A DNA stretch of 64,000 nucleotides from an uncultured Myxococcales bacterium (GTDB taxonomy: Bacteria; Myxococcota_A; UBA9042): assembly GCA_903883645.1 (NCBI GenBank), contig CAISBR010000152.1, forward strand, positions 34,072-98,071. Reading direction: 5' to 3'. The notes beneath the pieces were generated by a model. The model saw only the letters and a list, made by a program, of their open reading frames with translations. It had not been told where the DNA came from and made no database searches. The stretch's first letter is position 1. Each line of letters starts with the position of its first letter. The translations under genes were made by a program, and so were the position numbers. Positions 33,658 to 43,018 of this stretch are shown here, in pieces.

Positions 33658-36504
33658 CTACAGGCGATCGACCGTCCACGGCGATTCGAGTTGGTGCAAT
33701 TGCTCAGAAAATGCGCTGAACTTGAGGTCTACTTCGGGCGTATGGATGGCGGCGAGGACTTTGACGCGCTTCTTGCCGTGGTTCTCGCTCCGCTGTTCTA
33801 CAAAGCCCTGCTCGCGGAAAATCTGCAGCGCGTTGGTAAGGTTGACCTTGCTGATGGCCTCGTAACACTCGACGTGACCCAGGTCGAAGGCTTTTTGTGC
33901 GTTGATCTGCACGCGGTCTAAAAAAGCGGCTTCGGCCAGCGGCCCGCCGTCGAGGAGGCGCATCGAGCGCGCCATCAGGGCATAGGACTCGATAAAGCTT
34001 TGCAGCAGGCGGGCATACAGGCGCAGGGCACCGCGCACGAGGCTCGCAACGACTAGATTGCCGTCGCTGTGGCGGGTGAGCCAACCGGCGGCCACAAAAT
34101 CGTCGAGCGTGCGGTGGTACAGGTCTTCGAACGACTGCCCCGGCTCGTAGACGAACTCGAATTTAAGCAGGCGCGACAAGAACTTAGTGAGTGAGGCCAA
34201 GCTATCGGGCGAGATCTCGTTGCCCGACTGCAGCTTGGCGACGATGGCGCAGGCCAGCAGCGCTTCGGGTACCAGCAGGTGCAGCATGTTATTCTTGTAG
34301 TAATCCAGGTGCATACGGCCCTCGGACCGCACGATAAAGACCGTCTCGCCGTCGAAATCGCGGCGCAGCACCCAGCGGGCCTCTTCAAATAAATCAAGCG
34401 CTTTGCTCACGATCGGCGCCACGGCTTCGCCCAGCACCCGCGCCCGCTCGCTCTGCAGACCAAACGGATCGGGCGCGCCCTCGGCCTCGAGATAGCGGGC
34501 CTGATCGCGGGTCTCCGCCTCTAAGACGGCCTGCCGACGCACCTTTACCGCAGTGACCAGCGGCTCAGACAGGACCGCGCCGCGCCGCATCGCCAGGTCA
34601 AGCAAGTAGCCCACGCGCAGCAGCAGATCGCGGTGCAAAATGCCCTTGTTCGCCTTGGTCAGGAGCACCGCCGAGCACAGCGCCGTGGGGGTCAGCACGG
34701 CAGCTTGGTTGATGCGGCCCAACACCCGATAACCACAAACTTTTAGCGCCCGTTCAAAGGCCTTGGGGTCGCGCTCGGCGGCGGGGGCCAGCGCGCCCTG
34801 CTCGATCAAGAGCTCGCGCACCGACATCGGCTCGCCGAATTGGATGCGAATACGGCCATACTTATGCACCAGCACGCTGGTGGCCTTGAGCACTTCGACC
34901 GGCGACTCTGCTTTCTTTTCGCCGCCTTCAAGCTCTTTGCGATACGATTTCTCTTCGATCAGCCGCTCGTAGCCAAAGTTGGTGGGCACCAGCATCACGT
35001 CGTCGCGCAAGCCGTCGGCCACCGTCTCTAACACATGCTTGATCAAGCCGAATTTGGGCGGAAGCAGCTTGCCCGTACGCGAGCGACCACCTTCGGGGAA
35101 GAATTCGATCCAGTGGCCATCGGCCAAAAGCTTTCTGAAATAGTGGCGAAATGCTGCGGCGTAGATCGGCTGCCCCTGAAACGAGCGGCGCAAAAAGAAC
35201 GCACCGGCGTGGCGAAACAGCGGACCCAGCGGAAAAAACGACAGATTGGCGCCGGCCGCGATGTGCGGTGGAATCAGCCCGTGGCGATAAAACACATACG
35301 AAATAACGAGATAGTCGATGTGCGACTTGTGACTCGGCACGATCACCACGGGCGCGGTACGACCGGCCTGGCGCACGCGCTCTAAGCCCTCTTCGTCCAC
35401 TTCTAGGCCTTCGTAAATGCGCGCCCACAAGAAGGTCAGCAAAAACGAGAACGCCGCCACCATGCCCATGCGATAGCGCGCGGCAATTTCGTTGAGGTTT
35501 TGATCGGCCTCGCGCAGCACACTGTCGAGCGGCCGACCGAGCTCGGTGGCGATCCGTTGCAGGTCTTCGCGCACGGCGGGGTCGGCCAAGATTTCGCGAC
35601 GCAGCTCGTCGGGTTGCTTGATTGGCGCGCCGCGCACCACGCGGTCTTCTTGATGCAGCGCGGCGGTGATGCGCAGGCGCAGCTGCTCGGCCAGCACCGT
35701 GTCGTCGCTGAACTCGGCGTGTTCGGCCAAGAAGATGCGGAGATCGATGGGGTCTGCTATGCGCACGTGGGCACGGCGATGGTTCAGCACGAACGAGACC
35801 AACTTGCGCAAGCGGCCCGGCGCGCCCGGATCGCCAAAGAACTCGTCGAGGATCGATGAGCGAGCGCGGTCGGGATCCCGTTCCCACACCAACACTTGCG
35901 GCACGATCTGCAGCGAAAAATCGACTTCGCGCTGGGCTGCGATCAGTTCGCGCAAGTAGGGCTGCTGCGGGCGCGGTGTCAGCAGGTCGAGCAGCGAGAA
36001 GCCGCGCCTTAGAAACAGCGTGATCGGCGTGCGCCGGCGCAATAGGCCGCGAAGCAGCTGATCTTCAGGCAGTTGCGGCACCCGTAGCACCCGCCGGCGG
36101 AACCACCCTACCAGCGCGCGCCGCCAGGGCTGCATCCAGGTGAGCGACACGCCGTTGGCAAAATGCGACAGGGGTAACTTTTCGCGGTTGTAGAGCCAGT
36201 TGAAATAGAGGTAATCGAGCAGACTGATGGTGCCCATGACGACCACCAGACCGCCCTCGCGCGCCAAGGCCTGCCAATCGCTGCTATACCGCTGCGGCAC
36301 CCGCACCTGCGCAAAGAACACCCGCGCAAACCAGCGCGCGAGCCAGCCCAGGCGCGGCACCATCGCGGAGGGGTGAAGCAGGTCGCGTGATTGAAGCTGG
36401 TCGGCCGCAGACTGCGCGGGCACACCCACGGGGGTCAGGGCGTGGCGCACCGCAGCAGGGTCTGCGACCGGATCCGTGGGTTGGACAGGTTGCTCGTCGG
36501 ACAT
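33658..36504 (-). CDS. plsB: Glycerol-3-phosphate acyltransferase PlsB
   Basis: HxxxxD acyltransferase box (VPSHKSHIDYLV), FFLRRSF, FFPEGGRSRTGK, and PlsB-sized length. The start is taken at ATG 36504 (MSDEQP...). Confidence 0.88.
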   Translation of the reverse strand: MSDEQPVQPTDPVADPAAVRHALTPVGVPAQSAADQLQSRDLLHPSAMVPRLGWLARWFARVFFAQVRVPQRYSSDWQALAREGGLVVVMGTISLLDYLYFNWLYNREKLPLSHFANGVSLTWMQPWRRALVGWFRRRVLRVPQLPEDQLLRGLLRRRTPITLFLRRGFSLLDLLTPRPQQPYLRELIAAQREVDFSLQIVPQVLVWERDPDRARSSILDEFFGDPGAPGRLRKLVSFVLNHRRAHVRIADPIDLRIFLAEHAEFSDDTVLAEQLRLRITAALHQEDRVVRGAPIKQPDELRREILADPAVREDLQRIATELGRPLDSVLREADQNLNEIAARYRMGMVAAFSFLLTFLWARIYEGLEVDEEGLERVRQAGRTAPVVIVPSHKSHIDYLVISYVFYRHGLIPPHIAAGANLSFFPLGPLFRHAGAFFLRRSFQGQPIYAAAFRHYFRKLLADGHWIEFFPEGGRSRTGKLLPPKFGLIKHVLETVADGLRDDVMLVPTNFGYERLIEEKSYRKELEGGEKKAESPVEVLKATSVLVHKYGRIRIQFGEPMSVRELLIEQGALAPAAERDPKAFERALKVCGYRVLGRINQAAVLTPTALCSAVLLTKANKGILHRDLLLRVGYLLDLAMRRGAVLSEPLVTAVKVRRQAVLEAETRDQARYLEAEGAPDPFGLQSERARVLGEAVAPIVSKALDLFEEARWVLRRDFDGETVFIVRSEGRMHLDYYKNNMLHLLVPEALLACAIVAKLQSGNEISPDSLASLTKFLSRLLKFEFVYEPGQSFEDLYHRTLDDFVAAGWLTRHSDGNLVVASLVRGALRLYARLLQSFIESYALMARSMRLLDGGPLAEAAFLDRVQINAQKAFDLGHVECYEAISKVNLTNALQIFREQGFVEQRSENHGKKRVKVLAAIHTPEVDLKFSAFSEQLHQLESPWTVDRL

Positions 36505-36603
36505 GCGGCGATCTTGAGCCGAACGCGGCGCCGGTGCAAGAGCGTGCATTTTGCCCCGTGCCTGCGCTACAACACGGCCCGGCAACCGCCGCGGCGGGGT
36601 GAA

Positions 36604-37488
36604 ATGCTGCAGGCGAGCGATCAATATGGGGAGCTACGGGTCACGGCGCGCGGGCTGTGGCTAGGTGGCGTGTCGCTCGACGGCGAGGTCCGGCGGGGCG
36701 TGGGCGTGCTGTGCGACGCGCGCAAGGGTGTGCGGGCACACGCTAATCTGCTTTGTAGTCAAGAGCTTGCACTATGTACGGGCATGCAGCGCGGGCTGTT
36801 TGTGCCGTGGCAGCAGGCGCTAACGCTCGGTCGCTTGGCGGTGGCGCTGAGTCCGGCTGGTGCGGGCCCGGGGACAGCGCTGGCGCGGGTGCACGCGGCT
36901 GGGCGCGACTGGCTCGATGCGCGAGCAGCCTGTTTAGAGCCCCTGCCGGGTTTTGCACCCGCGGAAGTGCCCCGGACCGATGTTGTCGTGATCAATGCGC
37001 GACTGGCGGGCCGAGCCTGCGCCAATGCCCCGCATTTACGTCTATTCTTAAGCAACGTACCTTCTAGCTCCGCGGTGGTGTTCGACGACCCGCTGCTAGC
37101 TTTTGCGGCGGCGACGGCGCTCAGCGAGCTGGGTCGGCCCTGGCGTGGGGCCAAAGGACTGGCGCAGGCGTGGCGGCGGCGACTGGGGCACCTGACTCCG
37201 CGTGCGACCAAGGGTAAAGGCGACCCAATTGTGCTTAGCCTGCTGGGCGACGCGCCGCCCTCCGCGGCCTTTTTCGTGGGCGACGCCTCGCACGGGCTGC
37301 CCGAAGGGGTCGAACGTCTGCCACTCACGCGGTCTTTGCACGGCGAGCAGGCGGCCGCGCTGGTTCGCGCTTGCGGTGCGACGGTCGTGGTGGCGGTGGG
37401 GAGCGATGGTGCCGCGCTGGCCGCTCAGCTGCCTGGGGTGTTGGTGATCGTGTTGCGGGCGCTGGCCCAGCCGCTACTGGTGCCCTAG
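36604..37488 (+). CDS. Hypothetical protein
   Basis: ATG 36604 avoids overlap with plsB. G/C-rich third positions and no recognisable motif. It ends 24 nt before the DAGK-like gene. Confidence 0.4.
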   Translation: MLQASDQYGELRVTARGLWLGGVSLDGEVRRGVGVLCDARKGVRAHANLLCSQELALCTGMQRGLFVPWQQALTLGRLAVALSPAGAGPGTALARVHAAGRDWLDARAACLEPLPGFAPAEVPRTDVVVINARLAGRACANAPHLRLFLSNVPSSSAVVFDDPLLAFAAATALSELGRPWRGAKGLAQAWRRRLGHLTPRATKGKGDPIVLSLLGDAPPSAAFFVGDASHGLPEGVERLPLTRSLHGEQAAALVRACGATVVVAVGSDGAALAAQLPGVLVIVLRALAQPLLVP

Positions 37489-37512
37489 AGCGTCAAAATC
37501 GTGGAGGAACAG

Positions 37513-38577
37513 ATGAATAACCTGAGCAGCAACCCGAGCAGCAAGCCAATCATCGGCGTGGTGACCAACCCTAATTCGCGCAAGAATCGTTTAAATCCTG
37601 GGCGGTATGAGCAGATGCGCGAGAGTGTGGGCGCGCTTGGGCTGGTGCGACGGACGCAAGACGTCACGGCGATCGCCGAAGTGGTGCGCGAGTTCTTGGA
37701 TCTGGGCGTGCGCTATTTTGTGGCCGACGGCGGCGACGGCGCCTTTCACTGGCTGATGAACGTGGTGATGGAAGTGCTGGCCGAACGCCCGGGGACGCCG
37801 TGGCCGGCGATTTTGCCAACCAATGCGGGCACGATCGACTTTATTGGGCGCAAGGCCGGCGTGGTGGGGCACTGCGACACGCTTCTGCCGGCGCTCGTGC
37901 GCAAGATCCGCGCTGGCGAGTTTCCAAGTACGGTCGATTTGACGACGTGCCACCTGCGCGGCGTCTATGGGCCCGATGCCGACCGACCCGGCAAGTCGTT
38001 CGAAAAACTTGGGTTTGCCTGTGCTTTAGCTGGCGTGGCGCAGCGATTCTTCGACAAGTTCTATGCCGGCGATCAGCAGGATGCCGCGGGCATCGCCCTG
38101 CTCGTGGGCAAGATCATTCTCTCGCAGGCGACGCGGGCCGCACCGCTCAAGTGGCTACCAATTCCTGTGGAGTTTCGGTACTTTGCCGAACCGGTATTTG
38201 AGCCACTGCCGGCAAATGTGTGGCTCGACGGCAACCTGCTGCCGATTCCGCTGTTCCGCGATCTCGACGTCGGCTCGATCGACATCAACTTAGCCAATGT
38301 GTTCCGCTGCTTCCCATACGCGGCCGAGGGTAGGCTGCTGCACGTGCAATGCGGCGACATCAGCGCACCCGAGATCGTGCGCAATCTGCCGCGGGTGTTT
38401 GCCGGCAAGACCATGGAAGTCGAGGGTTTTGTACAGCAGCGGGCCCAGACGCTCAAGGTGCAGCCGCTGCAGGGGCGCTCACTCGACCCCGTGATTGACG
38501 GCGAGCTATTCTGGGGGCTGAGCGAGTTGGAAGTGAGCGTCGGTCCTCAGGTTCCCGTGGTGCAGCTGGTGGCTTGA
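37513..38577 (+). CDS. Diacylglycerol/lipid kinase catalytic-domain (DAGK_cat/NAD-kinase fold) protein
   Basis: IIGVVTNPNSRKN... then VADGGDGAFHWL, a GGDG-type motif. ATG 37513 is preceded by GGAGG; the track ORF begins at GTG 37501. Confidence 0.75.
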   Translation: MNNLSSNPSSKPIIGVVTNPNSRKNRLNPGRYEQMRESVGALGLVRRTQDVTAIAEVVREFLDLGVRYFVADGGDGAFHWLMNVVMEVLAERPGTPWPAILPTNAGTIDFIGRKAGVVGHCDTLLPALVRKIRAGEFPSTVDLTTCHLRGVYGPDADRPGKSFEKLGFACALAGVAQRFFDKFYAGDQQDAAGIALLVGKIILSQATRAAPLKWLPIPVEFRYFAEPVFEPLPANVWLDGNLLPIPLFRDLDVGSIDINLANVFRCFPYAAEGRLLHVQCGDISAPEIVRNLPRVFAGKTMEVEGFVQQRAQTLKVQPLQGRSLDPVIDGELFWGLSELEVSVGPQVPVVQLVA

Positions 38578-39963
38578 TCAGACGATGGGCTGTAGCGCCG
38601 CCGTAAAGCCGCGAAGCACGTCGCGCTGGTCGGTGATGCGGTAACCCGGCAGTTTCTCGCGATCTTTCCACACGGCACCCACCACTTCGATCAGGTAATC
38701 CATGTGGCTCTGCGTATAGGTGCGGCGCGGAAAAGTTAGGCGCACGAGCTCCAAATTCGCCGTAAAGTCATGATGTCCATCGGGATCGGGCCGGCCAAAC
38801 ATCAGCGTACCCACCTCGACGCCGCGCACGCCGCCCTCGATATACATGGCGTTGACCAGCGCCACACCGGGGTACTCCCAGGCGGGGATTTGCGGCGCAA
38901 ACGCCGCAGCGTCGATGTAGACCGCATGGCCACCGGGCGGACGCATCATCGGCACACCCATTTGATCAAGACGATCAAACACATAACGCACCGAGGCGTG
39001 GCGATAGGCCAGGTAGTCTTCGTCGAGCACTTCTTGCAGGCCTTGCGCCAGCGCCTCGAGATCGCGGCCCGCCAGGCCTCCGTAAGTGGGGAAGCCTTCT
39101 GTCAAAATCAGGCGCGTGCGGCACCGCTCGGCCAAGGCGCTGTCGTTCACGCCCAGCAAACCGCCGATATTCACCAAGCCGTCTTTTTTTGCGGACATGG
39201 TAAAGCCGTCGCACAGGCCGAAGCACTCGCGCGAGATCTCAGCCGCGCTGCGGTGACCCTGACCGGGCTCGCGCATCTTGATCAGCCAAGCATTTTCGGC
39301 GAAGCGAGCGGCGTCGAGGAACATCGGCACGCCGAACTGATCGCACAACGCCCGCACCGCTTTGAGGTTGCCCAGGCTCACCGGCTGGCCGCCGCCACGG
39401 TTGTTGGTGATGGTCACGAGCACCATCGGCACGTCGGCACCGCGATCAGCGAGGAGCTGACCCAGCTTGCGCACGTCGAGGTCGCCCTTAAACGGCATGT
39501 CGGTACGCGGATCGCCCGCGCCGTCGTACAGCAAATCGACCGCCTCCGCGCCCAAGAATTCAACATTGGCGCGGGTGGTATCAAAGTGCGAGTTCGACGG
39601 CACCACATCGCCCGGCTTACAGGTACTTGAAAACAGGATATGTTCCGCCGCCCGCCCTTGATGCGTGGGGATCACGTGATGGATACCCGTCAGCTCGCGC
39701 ACCACCTTTTCGAGCTTGTAGAACGACCGCGAGCACGCATAGGTCTCGTCGCCGATCATCATCGCCGCCCATTGCGCCGCACTCATGGCCCCGGTGCCCG
39801 AGTCGGTCAAAAGGTCGATGAGCACATCTTCGGCGTGCAGCTTGAACACATTCCAGTTGGCCTTTTCGATGGCAACCAGGCGCTGGTCGCGGGTAGTCAT
39901 CCCCAATGGTTCCACGGTCTTAATGCGGAATGGTTCAATGATAGTCGAAAAACGGTGCTCCAC
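38578..39963 (-). CDS. Beta-eliminating lyase of the tryptophanase/tyrosine phenol-lyase family (PLP-dependent)
   Basis: EPFRIKTVEP, DLLTDSGTGAMS, PTHQGRAAE, ARFAENAWLIK, the PLP-lysine block SAKKDGLVNIGG, and GFPTYGGLAGRD. Start is proposed at GTG 39963 (VEHRFSTIIEPF), preceded by GAGGT. I cannot separate TnaA from TPL by eye. Confidence 0.88.
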   Translation of the reverse strand: MEHRFSTIIEPFRIKTVEPLGMTTRDQRLVAIEKANWNVFKLHAEDVLIDLLTDSGTGAMSAAQWAAMMIGDETYACSRSFYKLEKVVRELTGIHHVIPTHQGRAAEHILFSSTCKPGDVVPSNSHFDTTRANVEFLGAEAVDLLYDGAGDPRTDMPFKGDLDVRKLGQLLADRGADVPMVLVTITNNRGGGQPVSLGNLKAVRALCDQFGVPMFLDAARFAENAWLIKMREPGQGHRSAAEISRECFGLCDGFTMSAKKDGLVNIGGLLGVNDSALAERCRTRLILTEGFPTYGGLAGRDLEALAQGLQEVLDEDYLAYRHASVRYVFDRLDQMGVPMMRPPGGHAVYIDAAAFAPQIPAWEYPGVALVNAMYIEGGVRGVEVGTLMFGRPDPDGHHDFTANLELVRLTFPRRTYTQSHMDYLIEVVGAVWKDREKLPGYRITDQRDVLRGFTAALQPIV

Positions 39964-40161
39964 GGCAACCTCGGCGCATTGGCGATGAGTAGCTGTCCGG
40001 CACGGGACCCAGACCCGCTGCAGGAAGCGCGCATCATCGGACGCGGCGACTATCGGCGAAAGGGGAAAGAATGGCCTATCGTCACCGACTTGTCGCGACG
40101 GCCAGCGCCGAAGCCAGCCCAGACACTGGACCACGGCTGGGGCGAGCCGTTACCCTAGCCG

Positions 40162-42753
40162 ATGGCCGCACCGCTGATGGCCACAGAAGGCCCCGTGTCG
40201 CAGCAACCGCCCCATGTTCCTGAACTGCTCGCCCCCGCCGGCGATCGCGACGCGCTGGCAGCCGCACTCCAAGCCGGCGCCGATGCGGTCTACTTTGGCC
40301 TCGACGATGGCCTCAATGCCCGTGCCCGCGCTGCCAATTTCGCCCTGAGCGATCTGCCGGCGACCTGTGCGCGCATCCACCGCGCCGGCGCGTTGGCCTA
40401 TCTGACGCTCAACACCCTGGTGTTCGAGAATGAATTGCCGTTCTTAGAGACCGTGCTGCGGCAAGTGGCGGCGGCGGGGGTCGATGCGGTGATCGTGCAA
40501 GACCCCGCGGTAGCACTGCTTTGCCGGGCCCTGGCGCCCACGCTGCATGTCCACGCCTCGACGCAGATGACGATTTCGAGCCCCGAAGCCAGTCAATTCG
40601 CGGCACAACTGGGCATTGTGCGGGTGGTGGTGCCGCGCGAGCTGAGCCTGGGTGAAATCGGCCAAATGGCGCAGAAGACCGCACTTGAGCTCGAAGTCTT
40701 TGTGCATGGGGCCTTGTGCGTGTCGTGGTCGGGGCAATGCCTGACGAGTGAGGCCTGGGGCGGACGGTCGGCGAACCGGGGCCAGTGCGCACAATCCTGC
40801 AGAATGCCTTATGATTTACTGGTAGATGGCCAACAGCGCGACCTGGGCGACGTGCGTTACCTGTTGTCGCCGCTGGACCTGAGCGGCCTAGAAAAAGTAA
40901 GTGACCTTGCGCAGTTGGGTGTGGCGGGGCTAAAGATCGAGGGCCGGCAAAAGGGCCCACAGTACGTGCAGACCGCGGTGAACGCCTACCGGCGGCAGCT
41001 CGACCACCTGTCCGCAGGGCCGCACAGCCCGCAAGCGCGGGTACAGGCGGATCAAACGGCGATGGCGTTGTCGTATAGTCGCGGGCTGTCGCTGGGGTTC
41101 TTGGGCGGGCCGCACCACCAAGACACGGTCGAAGGCCGCTTCCCCAAGCACCGCGGCGTGTTGCTAGGCGATGTCGCTGAGGTGCGCGACGCGGCGGTGC
41201 GGGTGGTGCGCGCGGCGCGGCCGGTCGATCAGGGCCAGGCGCCCGAGCTGCGGGCCGGCATGGGCATCGGCTTCGATCTGGGGCGGCCCGAGGCGGATGA
41301 GCCAGGCGGCTCGCTGTTCGGCGTCGAGGCCACCCACGACGGCTGGTGGCTGCGGCTGGGCCAGGGTGCGCAGGCGGTCGATCTGCGTCGCGTGCAGCCA
41401 GGCGATCGGGTCTGGCTAACGCAAGATCCTATTTTAACTCGAGAAACGGACAAGCTAGTGGCTGCGACCGAGCCTGAGGGGCGGGTGGCGGTCGATGTGA
41501 CGGTGTCGGGCCAGCCCGGACAACCGCTGCAAGTGACGTGGACGGCCCGCGGGCCGGTCGGGCGCGACGCCCAGGTGCAGACCCAAAGTGCTATGGCGCT
41601 GCAGCCAGCCGCCGGCCAGGGGCTCGATCAGGTTATGATTACTAGCAAATTGCTGGCGCTGGGTGGCACGCCGTGGCGGCTGGGCGATCTGCAGCTTGCG
41701 AATCTGCAAAGTGGTCTGCATCTGCCCGTGTCGGAGCTGAAGCGCCTGCGCCGCGAGCTGGCGGCTGAGCTCGATAGTGCGGTAAACGCGCGCCACGTGC
41801 ACGCCTTGCAACCCCAGCCGGTGGCAGAAGAAGTGCGGCGTCAGGCCGCGACTCTGCACGCACGCCGGCCGTGGCCCAAGCTCGACGCACCGCAGCTGCT
41901 GCCGCTCGTTCGCACAGAGGCGCAGCTTGAGGCCGTGATCGATGCGCAACTGCCCAAGGTTGCGTTGGATTGGATGGAGTTGGTGGGCCTCACCCGCGCC
42001 GTCGAGCGCGCCCGTGCCGCGGGCCTGAAGGTGGTCTTAGCCACGCCGCGAATCCAAAAGCCGGGTGAAGAAGGCTTTGACCGGCGCCTAGCGCGGCTAC
42101 AACCCGACGGAGTGCTGGTCAGGCATTGGGGCGGGCTGATGCATTTTGCCACACTTCCTCAACCACCCCATATTCACGGCGATTTTAGCTTGAATGTGAC
42201 CAATTCTGTCACCGCGCACCACCTCTGGGCCCTGGGCGCCGATACGCTTTGCGCCGCCCACGACCTCGATGTGGCCCAACTGCAGCACCTGCTCGAACAT
42301 GTGCCGGCGGAGCGGGTCGAAGTGGTAATTCACCACCACATGGCGACTTTTCACACGGAACACTGCGTATATGCGCATCTTTTGAGCCAAGGGCAGGATT
42401 TCCACTCCTGTGGCCGTCCATGCGAGCAACACGCGGTAAGTCTGCAAGATCACCAGGGGCGCGCCCATCCGGTGGTGGTCGATGTCGGTTGCCGCAACAC
42501 GGTGTTCAATGCGCAGGCTCAGTCGGCGGCGGGCGCAGTCGCGGGCCTGCTCAAACGCGGCGTACAGCATTTCCGCACCGAGTTCGTACGCGAGGATCGG
42601 GCAACAACCCTCGCAGTGTTAAAGGCTTACCAGGCACTGCTCACGGGCGAGCTGCCGGCCAAGGCGCTGCTGGCGCAGGTCGGCGTACACGAGCAATTTG
42701 GCGTAACTTCGGGCACGATGCGGGCCATGGAGGGCCGCCATGTCGCGAACTGA
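40162..42753 (+). CDS. Double-domain peptidase-U32-family protein (Fe-S dependent, O2-independent hydroxylase family: UbiU/UbiV/TrhP/RlhA-like)
   Basis: N-terminal U32 unit: PELLAPAGD..., VYFG, IVQDP, and a Cys cluster CVSWSGQCLTSEAWGGRSANRGQCAQSC. A second U32-like unit lies in the C-terminal ~330 aa (HGDFSLNVTNS..., HCVYAHLLSQGQDFHSCGRPC). Confidence 0.85.
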   Translation: MAAPLMATEGPVSQQPPHVPELLAPAGDRDALAAALQAGADAVYFGLDDGLNARARAANFALSDLPATCARIHRAGALAYLTLNTLVFENELPFLETVLRQVAAAGVDAVIVQDPAVALLCRALAPTLHVHASTQMTISSPEASQFAAQLGIVRVVVPRELSLGEIGQMAQKTALELEVFVHGALCVSWSGQCLTSEAWGGRSANRGQCAQSCRMPYDLLVDGQQRDLGDVRYLLSPLDLSGLEKVSDLAQLGVAGLKIEGRQKGPQYVQTAVNAYRRQLDHLSAGPHSPQARVQADQTAMALSYSRGLSLGFLGGPHHQDTVEGRFPKHRGVLLGDVAEVRDAAVRVVRAARPVDQGQAPELRAGMGIGFDLGRPEADEPGGSLFGVEATHDGWWLRLGQGAQAVDLRRVQPGDRVWLTQDPILTRETDKLVAATEPEGRVAVDVTVSGQPGQPLQVTWTARGPVGRDAQVQTQSAMALQPAAGQGLDQVMITSKLLALGGTPWRLGDLQLANLQSGLHLPVSELKRLRRELAAELDSAVNARHVHALQPQPVAEEVRRQAATLHARRPWPKLDAPQLLPLVRTEAQLEAVIDAQLPKVALDWMELVGLTRAVERARAAGLKVVLATPRIQKPGEEGFDRRLARLQPDGVLVRHWGGLMHFATLPQPPHIHGDFSLNVTNSVTAHHLWALGADTLCAAHDLDVAQLQHLLEHVPAERVEVVIHHHMATFHTEHCVYAHLLSQGQDFHSCGRPCEQHAVSLQDHQGRAHPVVVDVGCRNTVFNAQAQSAAGAVAGLLKRGVQHFRTEFVREDRATTLAVLKAYQALLTGELPAKALLAQVGVHEQFGVTSGTMRAMEGRHVAN

Positions 42754-43018
42754 ACATCGCCGCCGCATCGACGCCATCGACGCCCAGCTTGTCGAGCTAT
42801 TGGCGGAGCGAGCGGCAGTAGTAGCTGAAATTTGGAAAGAAAAGCGCCGACAGGGCGTACCCCTGGCCGACCCTGCCCGCGAGGCTGCCATGCTGGGCGA
42901 GATCGTCGAACTTGCACGGCAACATGGGCTCGATCCTCAGGCGATCACAGCAGTTTTTCGGGCACTGGTCGGCATCGACCTGCACACCGGCGAGCGCGCG
43001 GGTCAACCGACCACATAG
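42740..43018 (+). CDS. Stand-alone AroQ-class chorismate mutase
   Basis: 92 aa: RRRIDAIDAQLVELLAERAAVVAEIWKEKRRQG.PLADPAREAAML..., a typical CM_2 helix-bundle signature. The ATG overlaps the U32 gene by 14 nt. Confidence 0.85.
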   Translation: MSRTEHRRRIDAIDAQLVELLAERAAVVAEIWKEKRRQGVPLADPAREAAMLGEIVELARQHGLDPQAITAVFRALVGIDLHTGERAGQPTT

